DNA from: Antedon mediterranea
Taxonomy: Eukaryota > Animalia > Echinodermata
NCBI RefSeq assembly: GCF_964355755.1
Contig: NC_092672.1
Span: 15,128,001-15,192,000 of the forward strand
Reading direction: 5' to 3'
Length of the DNA stretch: 64,000 nt
Made by a program: the position numbers and the translations under genes. Within the stretch, counting starts at the first letter, position 1. The number at the start of each line of letters is the position of its first letter. Below the pieces are notes generated by a model. That model worked only from the letters and a program-made list of their open reading frames with translations, was not told the DNA's origin and ran no database searches. Below, one piece after another: positions 26,328-39,792 of the stretch.

Positions 26328-27915
26328 AACTAAACAAGGCTATTGAAGTCTTGGCTTGCGGTAAAGCCCAGGCAAGGACGGATCCCCCCAGAGATCCTCA
26401 AGGCTGGTAAACGCTCCACACTACTACAAAACCTACACGAGCTTCTGCTACAATGCTGGGAAGAAGGTTCAGTACCCCAGGATATGCATGAAGCAAACAT
26501 CATCACACTGTATAAGAACAAAGGCGATCGCAGCGACTGAAACAACTATCGTGGAATATCCCTTCTTAGCATAGTAGGTAAAGTCTTCACACATGTTGTA
26601 CTAACTAGATTACAATCACGTGTCTATCCTGAAGCCCAGTGCGGCTTCAGAGCTGGAAGATCAACCATCAACATAATATTCTCAGTGAGACAACTGCAAG
26701 AAAAGTGCCGTGAGCAGAGGCAGCCACTGAACATGACCTTCATAGATCTATGTCAGCAGAAAAGGTCTCTTCTCCCTATTACAAAGGATCGGATGTCCTC
26801 CAAAGCTTCTGGGGATGATCACCTCCTTTCACAATGACATGCACAGTGTTGTTCAGTATGATGGCTCATCTTCAGATCCTTTTCCCATCAAGAGTGGAGT
26901 GAAGCAGGGGTGCGTTCTCGCGCCTACACTCTTCCGCATATTCTTTTCCCTGTTACTATCATATGCCTTTCGTCAGTCAAACCTACCTACATACTCGAAG
27001 TGACGGAAATCTCTTCAACCTTGCCCGCCTTCGTGCAAAGACCAATGTGCGACGTCTACAGAGTTGCTCTACGCTGATGACGCTGCCATCACAGCCAACA
27101 GTGTAGAAGCACTCCAGCGCCTCATTCACATGCATGCGAGGAGTTTGGCCTTAAGAAAACGAACGTTCTAAGTCACGATGCCGCCAATGCTCCTGAAATC
27201 AAAATTGGCGATTATACCCTTGAGGTGGTGGACAAGTTCACTTACCTTGGTTCCACTGTTTCCAGTAACCTCTCATTGGACGCCGAACTCAACATCAGGA
27301 TCGGAAAAGTGACATCTCACCTAACAGATAAGGTTTGGAAAACCGCATGCTGACCATTAACACCAAGATGAAGATCTACCAGGCTTGTGTCCTAAGCACC
27401 CTATTGTACAGCAGTGAATCATAGTCTCTTTACACCCGCCAAGAGCGCAGATTAAATTCATTTAATCTTCATCAAATGGCAGGATCATGTCTCAAACAAG
27501 ACCGTTCTAACTCAGGCATGCTTGCCCAGTATGTACTCACTGCTTACCCAGAGACGGCTTTGATGGCTGGGCCATGTGAGACGCATGGATGACGGTAGAA
27601 TGCCCAAGGACTTACTCTATGGTGAGCTTGTCACTGGAACTAGACCCAAAGGAAAGCCCATGTTACGCTTTAAAGACGTATGCAAGCGTCATCTGAAGTT
27701 GGGAAACACAAACGTCACAAACTGGGAGGCTGTTGCCTCCGATCACAGTATGTGGAGATCCACTATCAAGATGTATGTCCAAACAAGCGAGAGTGGACGC
27801 GAAAGGAGAGAGCATCCTCTGCTCCAACCGACCAGGAGCCGATGTACATCTGCCCAAAATGTTAAAAATTATGTCGCTCAAAAATTGGACTTCTTAGTCA
27901 CAGCAGGCGCTGTTA
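26328..27915 (+). mobile_element. 5'-truncated, frameshifted RTE-clade (BovB-like) LINE reverse transcriptase
   Basis: Motifs across frames: ITLYKNKGDRSD, NNYRGISLLS, PEAQCGFRAGRST, SGVKQGCVLAPTLF, LLYADD, FTYLGS and WLGHVRRMDDGRMPKDLLYGELVTG. Confidence 0.9.
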
Positions 27916-27917
27916 AC

Positions 27918-27990
27918 CTGGGGCTGAGTTGACTTTAGGCCGACTTGACATGGGGCCGAGATGGTTTAGGGCCGAGTTGACCTGCAGCCG
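27918..27990. repeat. Isolated terminal fragment of the GGCCGAGTTGAC TIR family
   Basis: Matches the right end of the element at 57510-58196 (...ggtttagggccgagttgacctgca.cc). Confidence 0.6.
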
Positions 27991-29381
27991 TTGCAATGTT
28001 GTCATAAACATTACCAATGTTCCTATTTGTAATGTAAAACAGTGTGTGACACCCAAATTCATAATCATCAATAACTCATTTTCTAAAAATTCAACTTAAT
28101 TTACTGTCGAATACGAGTTACATCCTTTATGTCCTATAAAAACCTACATTACGTAAATGTACATACTCTCTTTTATTGCCCAGGTGGTTCTCGAATGCAG
28201 AAATTTTGATGTAAATAACAAGAAATAATCAAAATGTACACAGAGCAAATAAATACAAGCACGATCATGGAATTGTGTATCCAAATATAATTGTCACTAT
28301 GGAAATTTAAAAATGAGTGCAAATAAAATGTTTACAAAATTCAATTCGTCACTTTGACGAATTCTAAGTGATAATTGTGATGGAAGATAGCTTTACTGAA
28401 ATTTAATTCTAAAAATACGTTAAAATGTGAGAGCAAAACTTGATGCCTATACGCTTATAGTGCTGTTGAGTTGTAGAAAATTAAAAATTTAGAAGCTCGC
28501 TGCGTGGTCTTTGAAATGTGTGTACCTTTGACGACAGAGATGAGAAAACTACTTTTTAACTTCAACTGGCCATAGATGACTTCACAACATTTTAAGTCAA
28601 AATATGTACATGAAATAATATCTACAACTCAATGGCTTCCAGATTAAGTTTTAAAAATATGGGGGTCATCGTGAATAGAATGAGATTTGTTTAAAAAAAA
28701 TTGTATTTTCCTAAGTAAAGTGCATGCAAAACATGTTTTAGTGCAGTAATTTTTTAAAAATCAAGCTTATCATTTAAATTGTTAACGCCCGACACGCATG
28801 ACCTTGTGTATGCATACGTTTTTATTTGCTTATATAGCCTTGACCTGAAGTTTATGTATATTTAGTTTGATTGATGTAATGACGAGTTATACAGATATGA
28901 CCAAGTGCGATTTCACAAAATGGCATATAAATAACGTCACGTATGTGTTATCACGATGAAAAGCTTTTACAAATACAATTTTGAAATTTTGGTGATCATT
29001 AACTTTTTGAGATAATTGTTAGACAAACTTATAGTGCACAGAGAGAAATAAAAAATTGAATAGTTCATACAATAACAATAGTTGATCATTTTATTCTAAA
29101 TGATCACATAATAAATTGTGTGGATGGTATTGGTCTGCTAAATTCCTGTCTTAGTGCATGATGAAGTGTGGTATCTTCAGAATTATAACATTCGTGTCAT
29201 ATAGGATTTATCCTTACAACCACGCCTTACAATTTAAGGAATATATATATATAGCATACAGTAGTATATAAATCATACTGTAAATGGTAGAAACAATGCT
29301 CATATTCTGAACATGATCTCATAATCGCGTCGAGCGTAGCTCATTGGCGAAAGTTCCATATTTTTTAGTTGTATGAAAAAA

Positions 29382-29453
29382 TGCCTCTGGCGGGATTCAA
29401 ACCTGCAACCTCTCGCTTACAGGGCGAGTATCATACCACTAGACCACAGAGCC
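29382..29453 (-). pseudogene. tRNA-like sequence (anticodon TGT, Thr); tRNA pseudogene or tRNA-derived SINE head
   Basis: GGCTCTGTGGTCTAGTGGTATGATACTCGCCCTGTAAGCGAGAGGTTGCAGGTTTGAATCCCGCCAGAGGCA folds as a cloverleaf with an A box and a degenerate B box (TTTGAAT). The acceptor and T stems have mismatches. A T-run follows. Confidence 0.65.
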
Positions 29454-30389
29454 ATATATGGTATTATCACAGATTTACTACATCTTACTAATTAATATCT
29501 TGAGTTATATTTTTTAATGTAAAGAAGTGTGGCAAGGTACAAATTAATAATATACAACATAGATATTTAGATATGTAATACATATAATTGTTTATCCGCA
29601 CTTGGCGGATAACCCTTGTTATTTTCAGGATCTTTTTTTTTTTTCAGTATGTTTTTTTTTCTTTTCCCCAAATTCTTTGCAGTGTATCTCTAATGCTTGT
29701 CAACAGAAGATTTTATAAATTTGTCAGAAGATTGACCTGTAACTGTAGATGTGCAAGAAACTTCGTTATATGACGTAGAGTCGCACGATTTTATGAAATC
29801 TTATGGTTGATCATAAATTATGAATAAAAATTCATTTTTCAATGAAAATTTACAAAAGTGTATTTGAGTCTCGGTTGGGGCGACTTTTTCTCATTCTCAC
29901 AGATTTCCTCATCTTTATCGTATAAAAATAATATATATATATAAATCCAAAGACAAAATACTGAAAAATTGACAATGCTGTGGGTATCAGTGGCTGGATC
30001 TCAATGGAGATACAAAAAAAAGTGCGAAAAGCTAAATCAATATGATAAATTTTTTGATGGGGGTGTCTAAATCCTGTTTATCCCCCGCCTGGATAAATAA
30101 AACAAAATTATAAATCTACAGCTAGCCAACAATGATTGGGATGGAGCTCAGAAAATTTTGAAAAATAGAGCTGACTAGGTCCCCACAAATTGGATTATAC
30201 TATATGAAACAAAATATATAAGTCTCCAGAATTTCTGCACCCCTCCACTGAAGTTAAATACAATTGCACAAATTAGGCATACTGACGATCCATTTACACT
30301 TCAGTGCTATTGTATTTAACTTAAGTTTGATTAAAATCTGCATTTAACTTAAAAGTGTAATTACAATTGTACTTCAGTGCAAATAATTT

Positions 30390-30450
30390 AAACTTAAGTT
30401 GAATGTATTGCACTTAAGTTGAATGTATTGCACTTAAGTTGAATGTATAG
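30390..30450. repeat. Short 20-bp tandem repeat (CACTTAAGTTGAATGTATTG) x3
   Basis: Directly visible, with degenerate copies upstream. Confidence 0.7.
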
Positions 30451-32374
30451 GTGAATGGTAAAACGGCTTGCCGTAAGAGCGTAATGGTCCAGAGCAACTA
30501 ATCAGCTTTGGAAGGCCCCTTAGGAGTCAGAGAGAGGGGGAAAAATGACATACGCCGGCAATAGTTTAATTTTTTTTATTCAAAGCATTTCATTCACTTC
30601 GAAAGAAAATTATTCAACATACTGTAGTTTCGTTTATCATTGAAATAATTAATATTAATGCACATGCAGTGTGTTTTCTGTCTGTCTGCAATTAATATGA
30701 ATATTTTATTCTCAAGGAAAAAATTTGCTTTACACACAGTCAATTTATCTTACCTATTATATAGATGAACTTCTTGGTTTACATGAAGTGTGACGCATAT
30801 CCTCATATACTCATGTGATTTGAAAATGAATAATTTAATCCTTCTGCTAATTGGCAAAAACACATCAATGGTTTCTTATACATAAATAACATTTATGAAG
30901 TTAATTTCATCCAAATCAATAGAAAGAAGAATTTTTATATAAATTGTCTGACATTATTATTATACAATGACTGAGCCGATAGATAATTATATTATTCTTT
31001 ATGAACACAATGCAGGATCTGCCCTGCAGATTCCCCATCTAAAATAATGCATAGTGTGTCAATGGTGACGGTCTAATGTAAAGATGAAGGAAATATTAAA
31101 AGTATAACATACAGTACATTTTTTTTATACTACATATCAACAATAAACAAAAATGAAACTGATCAGGACATAACAAATTATGTTTTAATGTTGAAGACCA
31201 GATTTTAGCCAGATTGCATGGTTTTTCTTATGCATCTTTAAAAATCTCAATATAAATATTTTCTATACTGGTCAACAGCTTATGGTAAGTCAAAAACTCA
31301 CCGGTACCAATCGATCGCCCTTGCTGGAAATTGCTAAAAACACCAGCAATTGACGGGTATGAAAAAAGTTACTTGCACAAGAATTTGTATGCATGTGCTC
31401 TTTGCATTTGCAAAAAAAAAAATTTGTATCTATAGTGTATAATATGTATATTTCAACTGAATTTTATTGTGCAAACTGAAACATTTACTTTTTTGTTCAA
31501 CTTAATTTCATATATATATTTTAGTATTATTAAACCAAAAATCAAATTCAATGAGTATAAATACTTTAGTGACATGCTCAAACTGCTATTTGAATTGGTC
31601 TGTAAACCTTGTGAATTTTATATACACTATTTATTTTCAACATTTAATTATGTTAATTTGCAATTTGGCCACCACATGTAATAATATGGTTGTTCAACAA
31701 AAAAAATAATCTACCTTATTTTTGTAGATTCACTCACCATTCCCTTTGAAAATATAGCTCAAATTTTTGGTTTGTTAATTTGCCTTCCTTTATGAATTTG
31801 GAGAAACTCTGCGCATAGCCTAGCTTTATAAAATAATAACAATAGCATTGTTAAAGAGTCAAAACTGTACCACAGATGGGGTAAAATCATTTATTGGGCC
31901 CGGCCCGATTATCTTGGCTTAATCGTCTATTGTGGTTCCATTCTTGATAGAACCTTGTTGGCTTGATCACTCTGAACTGAGTTTGATTGGCTGGGTCTGT
32001 CATCCGTGTTTCCGATATTCTGACAACCAACACAATACATGCAACCTGTGTAATCCATTTGATTTAGGGTTGCGAGAATTTCCATGATTTAGATTTAGAG
32101 TCCGACTGAAGCACAGCATCATCATTTTTGTGTATGAGAAGTGCCTTAGTGTTCATCTCGGTGTTTTGTTTTGAATTGTGTTGAGTTGCATTTAACGCTC
32201 AATGATTTGAATGTCTAAGAAAACTTAGAGGTTAAAAAAAAACACTGAACACATATTTTCTGTTTATTATTATAATTTGCATACCATCTAAAATGCTGGG
32301 AATAACAACAATAACCTATAGTAATATATGGCAGGTTGTTTTTGGCCTATAAATTAAAATATTTATTATTTTTT

Positions 32375-34215
32375 TTAATTTATATTTTATTTATTTTATC
32401 AAAACTAACACCAACGAAAGTTGCCACTTAAAGGTATGACACAGAAAACAGATACAATAAATACTCTATGTATGAAGCAAACTTATATAAATATATGTTA
32501 AATTGTAAAAATTAGCCTATTGAGTACAGTTTAAAAAAAAAAGAATAATGAGTCTTGAATGACGAATAACTATTGAAAAAAAAACATTTGTATTGGACTC
32601 ACTTATAGTTGAAATACAAAGAAGGCAAGCGTGTCTGAAATGGAACATAAAAAGTGGACTTAACTTTAGTTTTACAAGAAGGAGCATGTAAACTGAAAAG
32701 AGAACAGCAGTCACAACTAAACAAACAATTTACTCTTGTAAAATTAAATCAGACACACTTCTTCTAAACTTATAAGTTTCAAGACAATTAACAACATCAA
32801 AACGTTGAAAAAGAAACCTAACAAACTTATTTTGAACACGTTGTAGCCTTGTGACATGAATATCAGAAATTGAATTAAAAATAACAGAGGATAATTCTAG
32901 ATTAGGTCTATCAAGCGTTTTAAACAAATTAACATGGGTTTTTGGTAGCTACCCTTACAGTGCCTCCAAATGAAGCCAACCATTCTATTACTCCTACTAA
33001 CAATGTGGTCAATAATATGCTTGGAAAATAACAGTTTGGAATCGAAGAATATTCCAAGATCCTTATGGTATTGGACTTTGTCTAAGTTCTGATTATTAAT
33101 TTGATAATTAAACAAAATGGGTTTTGATTTAAGAGTAATATTCATTGACTTACATTTGGAGGCATTGAGTTTCATACCCCAAGATTAGACAACTGCACTA
33201 GACCATCCAAATCCTCCTGTAGTAATACTAACCAAGATTAGACCACTGCACTAGACCATCCAAATCCTCCTGTAGTAATACTAACCAAGATTAGACCACT
33301 GCACTAGACCATCCAAATCCTCCTGTAGTAATACTAACCAAGATTAGACCACTGCACTAGACCATCCAAATCCTCCTGTAGTAATACTAACCAAGATTAG
33401 ACCACTGCACTAGACCATCCAAATCCTCCTGTAGTAATACTAACCAAGATTAGACCACTGCACTAGACCATCCAAATCCTCCTGTAGTAATACTAACCAA
33501 GATTAGACCACTGCACTAGACCATCCAAATCCTCCTGTAGTAATACTAACCAAGATTAGACCACTGCACTAGACCATCCAAATCCTCCTGTAGTAATAAC
33601 CAAGATTAGACCACTGCACTAGACCATCCAAATCCTCCTGTAGTAATACTAACCAAGATTAGACCACTGCACTAGACCATCCAAATCCTCCTGTAGTAAT
33701 ACTAACCAAGATTAGACCACTGCACTAGACCATCCAAATCCTCCTGTAGTAATACTAACCAAGATTAGACCACTGCACTAGACCATCCAAATCCTCCTGT
33801 AGTAATACTAACCAAGATTAGACCACATGCACTAGACCATCCAAATCCTCCTGTAGTAATACTAACCAAGATTAGACCACTGCACTAGACCATCCAAATC
33901 CTCCTGAAGTAATACTAACCAAGATTAGACCACTGCACTAGACCATCCAAATCCTCCTGTAGTAATACTAACCAAGATTAGACCACTGCACTAGACCATC
34001 CAAATCCTCCTGTAGTAATACTAACCAAGATTAGACCACTGCACTAGACCATCCAAATCCTCCTGAAGTAATACTAAATCGTTGTTAGAAGATATAATAC
34101 GATATAATTAAACATCAACATGAAAATAAAAGAAATTTGGAAAATTGAGGAATTGTGGTAAAATAGTGTTAAATAATAAAGGACCTGAACCCTGCGGAAC
34201 ACCTGAAAGAATACC
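32375..34215 (-). mobile_element. Degenerate CR1/Jockey-group LINE 3' half
   Basis: Minus-strand SGVPQGS..GPLLF (~34170-34206), LLQEDLDGLVQWS, MKLNASKCKSM, KDLGIFFDSKLLF..HI and LQRVQNKFVRFL, with an A-rich 3' tail near 32375. Confidence 0.82.
33178..34077. repeat. 53-bp minisatellite, about 17 copies, inside the LINE RT region
   Basis: Unit ACCAAGATTAGACCACTGCACTAGACCATCCAAATCCTCCTGTAGTAATACTA. Confidence 0.95.
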
Positions 34216-34356
34216 TGGTAACAAATTTGACAATTGACACTGTTATATAAATGAATAAATAATAAGAAAAAAAAAATATTTAAATAGTTTTATTCTAATT
34301 TTAGTGCGACAAATATTTACGATTTGATGGTAGTGTAGATATACAATAACAACTTA

Positions 34357-35246
34357 AGCCCCTTTCACACAGAGCTGTAAGACGGTAATATTGCGGTGAT
34401 TCGCGAACGCCGGCTTATGTGTGAAAGGGTAAAAACCCCGGCTTCCGTTAGACCGCCTCTGGACCTAGTAAAATTGCGGTAATATTACCGTCACGGTCGT
34501 AAGCCTGATCTGTGTGAAAGAGTCAACGATATAACGCCTGCTTACGCAGTGAAGCAAGGATAAATTCGGGACATTTTTCTTGATTGAGAAAGACTGTGGC
34601 AATTACTTTAGGCCAAATTATTAGATTATATCCATATATATATATATTTTTAGGTAAGTTTGTAAATAATACAATGGAAGAATACGGCCAATAATAATAA
34701 CAAATATAACAGATGTTGGTCAAAAGATTATTTAACTTGCTGTAACGTACGTAAGCCTAGGCCCTAGTTAGCATAGTTCTAGCAGGAACATCCTCCGGTG
34801 CGCGCTCCCGGTGCTAGCTCATAACAGCTTCTGATAATTAAATTCGCGTCTATTTGTAGGCCTAATAGATTTTGTTTCTGTAGAATGGCCATCACGATCG
34901 GGCAGTTATTAGCACGGAGTGGTGTTGGGCAAAAATATAGATTTTATGCATCGTAAATAAAAAAACTAAACGACGGACACACAAAACAACATCAGCAAAC
35001 ATGTGCGTGCATGGCATGTTTTGTCGCCGGCGGCGGGTGAGGTGCCCGCCATTTTTTTTTCTCAAAAAGTGCGACCTCTATTTTATGAAGACAGTAATCT
35101 TTAAATATTGCGCCTTTTCACTGTGGCCTTTCACACAGAAGACGGTAAAATTACCGTAATATTACCTTCTGTGTGAATGGGTTTAGACCGGCAATAACGC
35201 CGACTTGCTTACCGCAATATTGCCGAAGTTCTGTGTGAAAAGGCCT
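34357..35246. mobile_element. PIF/Harbinger-like MITE
   Basis: TIRs AGCCCCTTTCACACAG / CTGTGTGAAAAGGCCT with subterminal TTTCACACA repeats. Flanks TTA/ATA are imperfect. Confidence 0.65.
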
Positions 35247-36710
35247 ATAGTGCAATATATATATATTTTTTAACACATGAAAGCTTTCCTCGGTCTGAAA
35301 AAGGCTTTTAATGTCCAGCAGCAGCAGCAGCATTCAAAATACAGTAACAATAAACACATTACATTCTATCTATTAGTATTATACTAGGCCTATATATTAT
35401 ACTAATTTTAAATAAAATAAATTTTGTGTGATGACTTTATTTTGATAATGTATACTACATGAATGTAAATTATTATGTACTGTACTTGATTGGCCTCTGT
35501 GCAAAAAGGTGTGGTTGCTTATTCAGGCATATGCTGCAAGATTTTACTAATCAATAATAAATAAGACAAGTAATGGTGTGGCTCCTAGCTTAGCCTGCTT
35601 TCACAGCTTCCACGATAATTTATGCATTTGGTGGCTGAATACTAGATAGCATTGTGACATAATGTGTAATTCATCAGCACATTCTATTTTGCATGTAGGG
35701 GTGTGAGTTTTATTCAAGGAGGATGCCTATTTTGCATGACTCTTTGTTCTCTAATTGGTTATTGGTTATACCATTTTAATATTTAAGGGGTAGACTTAGT
35801 TATTTTTAAAATTCTGTTCTATGTATAACCATTGTATTTAGAAATATATATATATATAATATCTAAATGATATTTAAAATGTTTACCAAGTACACTTAAA
35901 TTACTAAAGTACTAAATTTAATATTAGATATAGGCCATCGTATGGAACGCAGTTTATGCAACATTTCGATGCAATGAATGAATTTTATGACGCGATATGT
36001 GAATGAAATGCATCGATATGAATTGAAGGACGAGATATGAATGAAATGCTTTGAATGTTTTGTTTTGAATGTTTTGTTTTGAATGAAATGTTTTGAATTT
36101 AAATGTTTTGAATGAAATGTTTAGAATGAATTGAATGCTTTAAAAAGTCAAACTATTGGCGGCATATGTCATTCCCACCGCACTCTCTTGGTAGCTTGAC
36201 CGCGTACCGGACCTCTCCATGTTAGCTTTTCCCCCTACTAAATGGATCCATTCAAAGTAAACACAAACATCGATGTTAACATTAATATTCTCATCCCTAA
36301 GGTGGGATTTTATCGCATTTCTAATTATACCATTCAGTTCTACAGTTTTGGACAATTTTGAGGTAGGGAACACATAATTTTTGGTATCAATGTATAAAGC
36401 AATGTCTCTTTATTTTGATTTAAGTTGATTGTAATTAGATAATTAATGACGTCACAGAAGGACATGTCTTATGTTTTTTTAAGATGTATTGTCCCCCAAA
36501 AATAAAGATTAATTACATGACTTTGAATAGGTTATTTTGTAGTTTAAGTAGAAAACATATTTTTTTTTAAATTATGCTTTCCCTAAAATGACCAAATAAA
36601 TGGTTAAATTCAACCAAAAATCCACTGGCTGTTTTACCGTTTTTTTTAGGTAAATAATTTTTTTTTTTTATATCCAAGTTTTGGTGAAAGTGGATAACTT
36701 TTATAAGATA

Positions 36711-38818
36711 TTACATAGCCTATGTAAATACATGAACGTGATTGGTTGAAACTGCATCACATGACTACCGCTGCAAGGATCGTAAATCGTATCCTTGAGT
36801 ACAATGATACTGACTGTAATTTTTGTGTGGCAACACTCGCGTTTGGCGATAAATAAACAAAAGTCATCTACTTGGACTTGAACTCACAATGATTTGTCAC
36901 ACCATTACAACAACATTTCATCCGCTGCGCGAACTAAACTGTTTAAACTATGCATACATAACACCCTCATTTGTTATTAGTCCTCCCTAGCTGTGATGAA
37001 AGACCGTTTGTGATTGGTTAATACTCACGGTAGTTTCGGCTCTCCTCGAAGAAAACAAATTATTCTGCCTACTTAATGGTTAATTTAAACGACCTAGGCC
37101 TAAGTGAATATTTTATTGCCAAGGAATCATTAATTAGTAATTATCTGTATATTATTCTTCGCAAGGTATTAAGGCTGGTTTCCTGTCGACGTAAGAAGTC
37201 GAATTTTGCAACGATTCTTGCGTTTCATACGTTTCTTACGTCTCTTACGAAAGTTGAGAAAAAATTGACGTCGTTGACGTTAGTCAAGATCGTGTCGGGC
37301 CGCAGAGAAACATCTGTAGTTATGCTGCTCCCGAAAGTTGAAATTTTGGCTGTGAAACACACGTCGTATGCTTACGCCGATTTTAGTGTTGTTACGAAAG
37401 TTGAAATTTTTTTCTTACGTCGGTCAGATTTATGACGTATTTGAAACAACATCTGTGATTGGTGTTTCTTTTTAGAGCGGGTTTTATCCTTTTTCGCGCG
37501 AAATGTTGAATGTTGTTATTGTACCTGTAGCTACTCAGGTCAGTGCAGCACACCAACATATTATTTTCAGTAGATAGGCTAGGCCCTAGTATTAGTAATA
37601 ATACTTAATTGATACTGTACTAATATTAATTGATTTGACCAAAATCTAATCAAACTAGCCTAGGAGCCTAGGCTAGTAGGCCTATGTACTACTGTATGAA
37701 TAAAAATATGAATTAATTATCCTGGCCCTCTAGGTCTAGCCTTAAATAGTTTTCAAAATTAAAAAAAGCAAATCATTTCGGGATTCCTATTATTATTAGA
37801 CCTACCCATGGAACTATTATATTATATTATAGTTCCATGCTAGGCCCTAGGCTAGGCCATGGGCCCAGGCATATCTAATCGAGCATGAGATAGTACTACC
37901 GCAGTAAGATACCCATTATTTACAGGCCTATAATAAGAATAAATTTAACAAAACAATATAAATTATACAAAATCAAGCAAACATTTTTTTTAAAGTTACA
38001 TAATAATATTATATTGCTTATAAAGGGGCTTTCTATATCTTATCTTGTTACAAATGTTAAGTTTTCGCGACGTTTCTACCGACAAATAGAACAGAAGAAT
38101 GTCGGTTTCTTTGAAATGCTGATTGTTTATTGCACGTCCATAAATAAGAGTATTATATTTTGATATGAGTTGTAAACTCCCTGATTAGAACATTATTATA
38201 TTGAAACTACTGTGCATTTGTATAGTATGTAGGCCTACAACATCGTAAAGTGGTCTAAAATTAGTAGTAAATACATACAAATGTTTTATCCGGCTTTATT
38301 TCACTATAAGGTCATACACATTACGTCATAACTCTTGTCGCTCATTGGTTGCTTGTTACGATTGTGCTTACGTCTCTTGCGAAAGTTGACTTCAAGTCAA
38401 GCGTAAGATAAAAAATTTCGGTTTCCTATAAAATCGGAAGAAAACGTCGTAACGCAACAACTGTTAGGTCATCGGTTTCCTGTAAAATCGTTTGTCGTTA
38501 CCATTTTTCTTACGTTGCGTCGATTTTATAAATTTTCGATCGTAATCGGTTTCCTGTAAAATCCGCATTTCTTACGACAAATCAACGTATTCGCAACAAA
38601 AATGATGTTCTTACGTCGACAGGAAACCAGGCTTAAGGTGAAAGCTATGCCTATTCTAGGCAGGCTTATTACAAAAGGCCTACCTAGCCCTAGCTACACC
38701 CGACTTGTTGTTGGCTATGTAATATAAGAGATAATCGCCTTTTATATCGGTAAAATATAAGATTCCCTCGGGGATGTCAAATCCTATATTTAACCTCTAA
38801 GCAGTCAATATCTGTATA
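36711..38818. mobile_element. Palindrome-ended interspersed repeat, copy 2, interrupted by a MITE
   Basis: Colinear with 4629-5510 once 37173-38632 is removed. Confidence 0.7.
37173..38632. mobile_element. TIR element flanked by TTAA (Harbinger- or Kolobok-like)
   Basis: TTAA|GGCTGGTTTCCTGTCGACGTAAGAA ... TTCTTACGTCGACAGGAAACCAGGC|TTAA. Absent from the 4629-5510 copy. Confidence 0.8.
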
Positions 38819-39792
38819 AAATGGCATATTCAACAACAAAATTGAAAAACATTTTCAGGGGGACAATAGATCTTTAAATAATGAACATTACAATATGAAC
38901 AATAATATTTACATTTTTCAGATACGACTAATATATCTAAAATACTCATATATAAATATATGATAGGCATATACTCTGATTTATTTAAGCATCGTTATGC
39001 ACATGTATATAGCTATGAATAATGTACGTACACAAAACACAGAGTTCTAGATTATTAATGAAAATGTCATCCATGTAAAATAAGTTTATAAATAATAAAA
39101 ATAAATAAATTATATTTTTGGATATGGTTTAATAAAAAATGGCCACATTACAGTTTTTCTTGCTCAAACATTTAATTCGTTATATCAATGTATAAAGTAA
39201 TGTCTGCTCTACATTTCACTTTTTATATTTTTTATGCCATTACTTAAAAAATAAGATATTCTGAAATCAGAAAAATACAAACTTTTGTGACATCAGTATA
39301 AATGTATTCCCCAAAGTTTGTTGCCTTTAATCCATTCACACAAGGTCCATAGAATATATATAATTAAGAACAACGCAATTCAAGTGTTACCATAGACTTT
39401 GGCAAAAATTTGATGTTTTACCACAAAGTAAAAACACCCTTATTGAAAATAAATGGTACAGTCCATTCCCATGCCTGACCAACATTTTTTTGCTTTCAGT
39501 TTGTTTATAAGTCTTTTAATTAAATTAAATTTTAACAATCCGTGTAAGAGTTGAAATCAATGTTTAACTTTTTTTACAAGAAAATGCTGTAATTTAAAAA
39601 AGGCAGTTACTATGGCAACGAGATACAGATATCAAAAATAATTTTATCTGTGCATGTTTCAACCAAAAATCTCTTTCATTGTGCAAATTTTAAAGAAAAT
39701 CTATTTTTTTGACTTGGCCACCTAAAGGTTGATATTTTTAGACAACTGCTATAAATATTTGAATAAACAATAAATTACTATCTCACCCAACT

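Noticed and set aside
31945-32087. Short Cys-containing reading frame (CHPC...CNLC)
   Set aside because: Under 60 codons, with no clear splice context or recognisable domain.
33178-34077. CRISPR-like array
   Set aside because: Head-to-tail identical units with no spacers, and the unit is LINE-derived.
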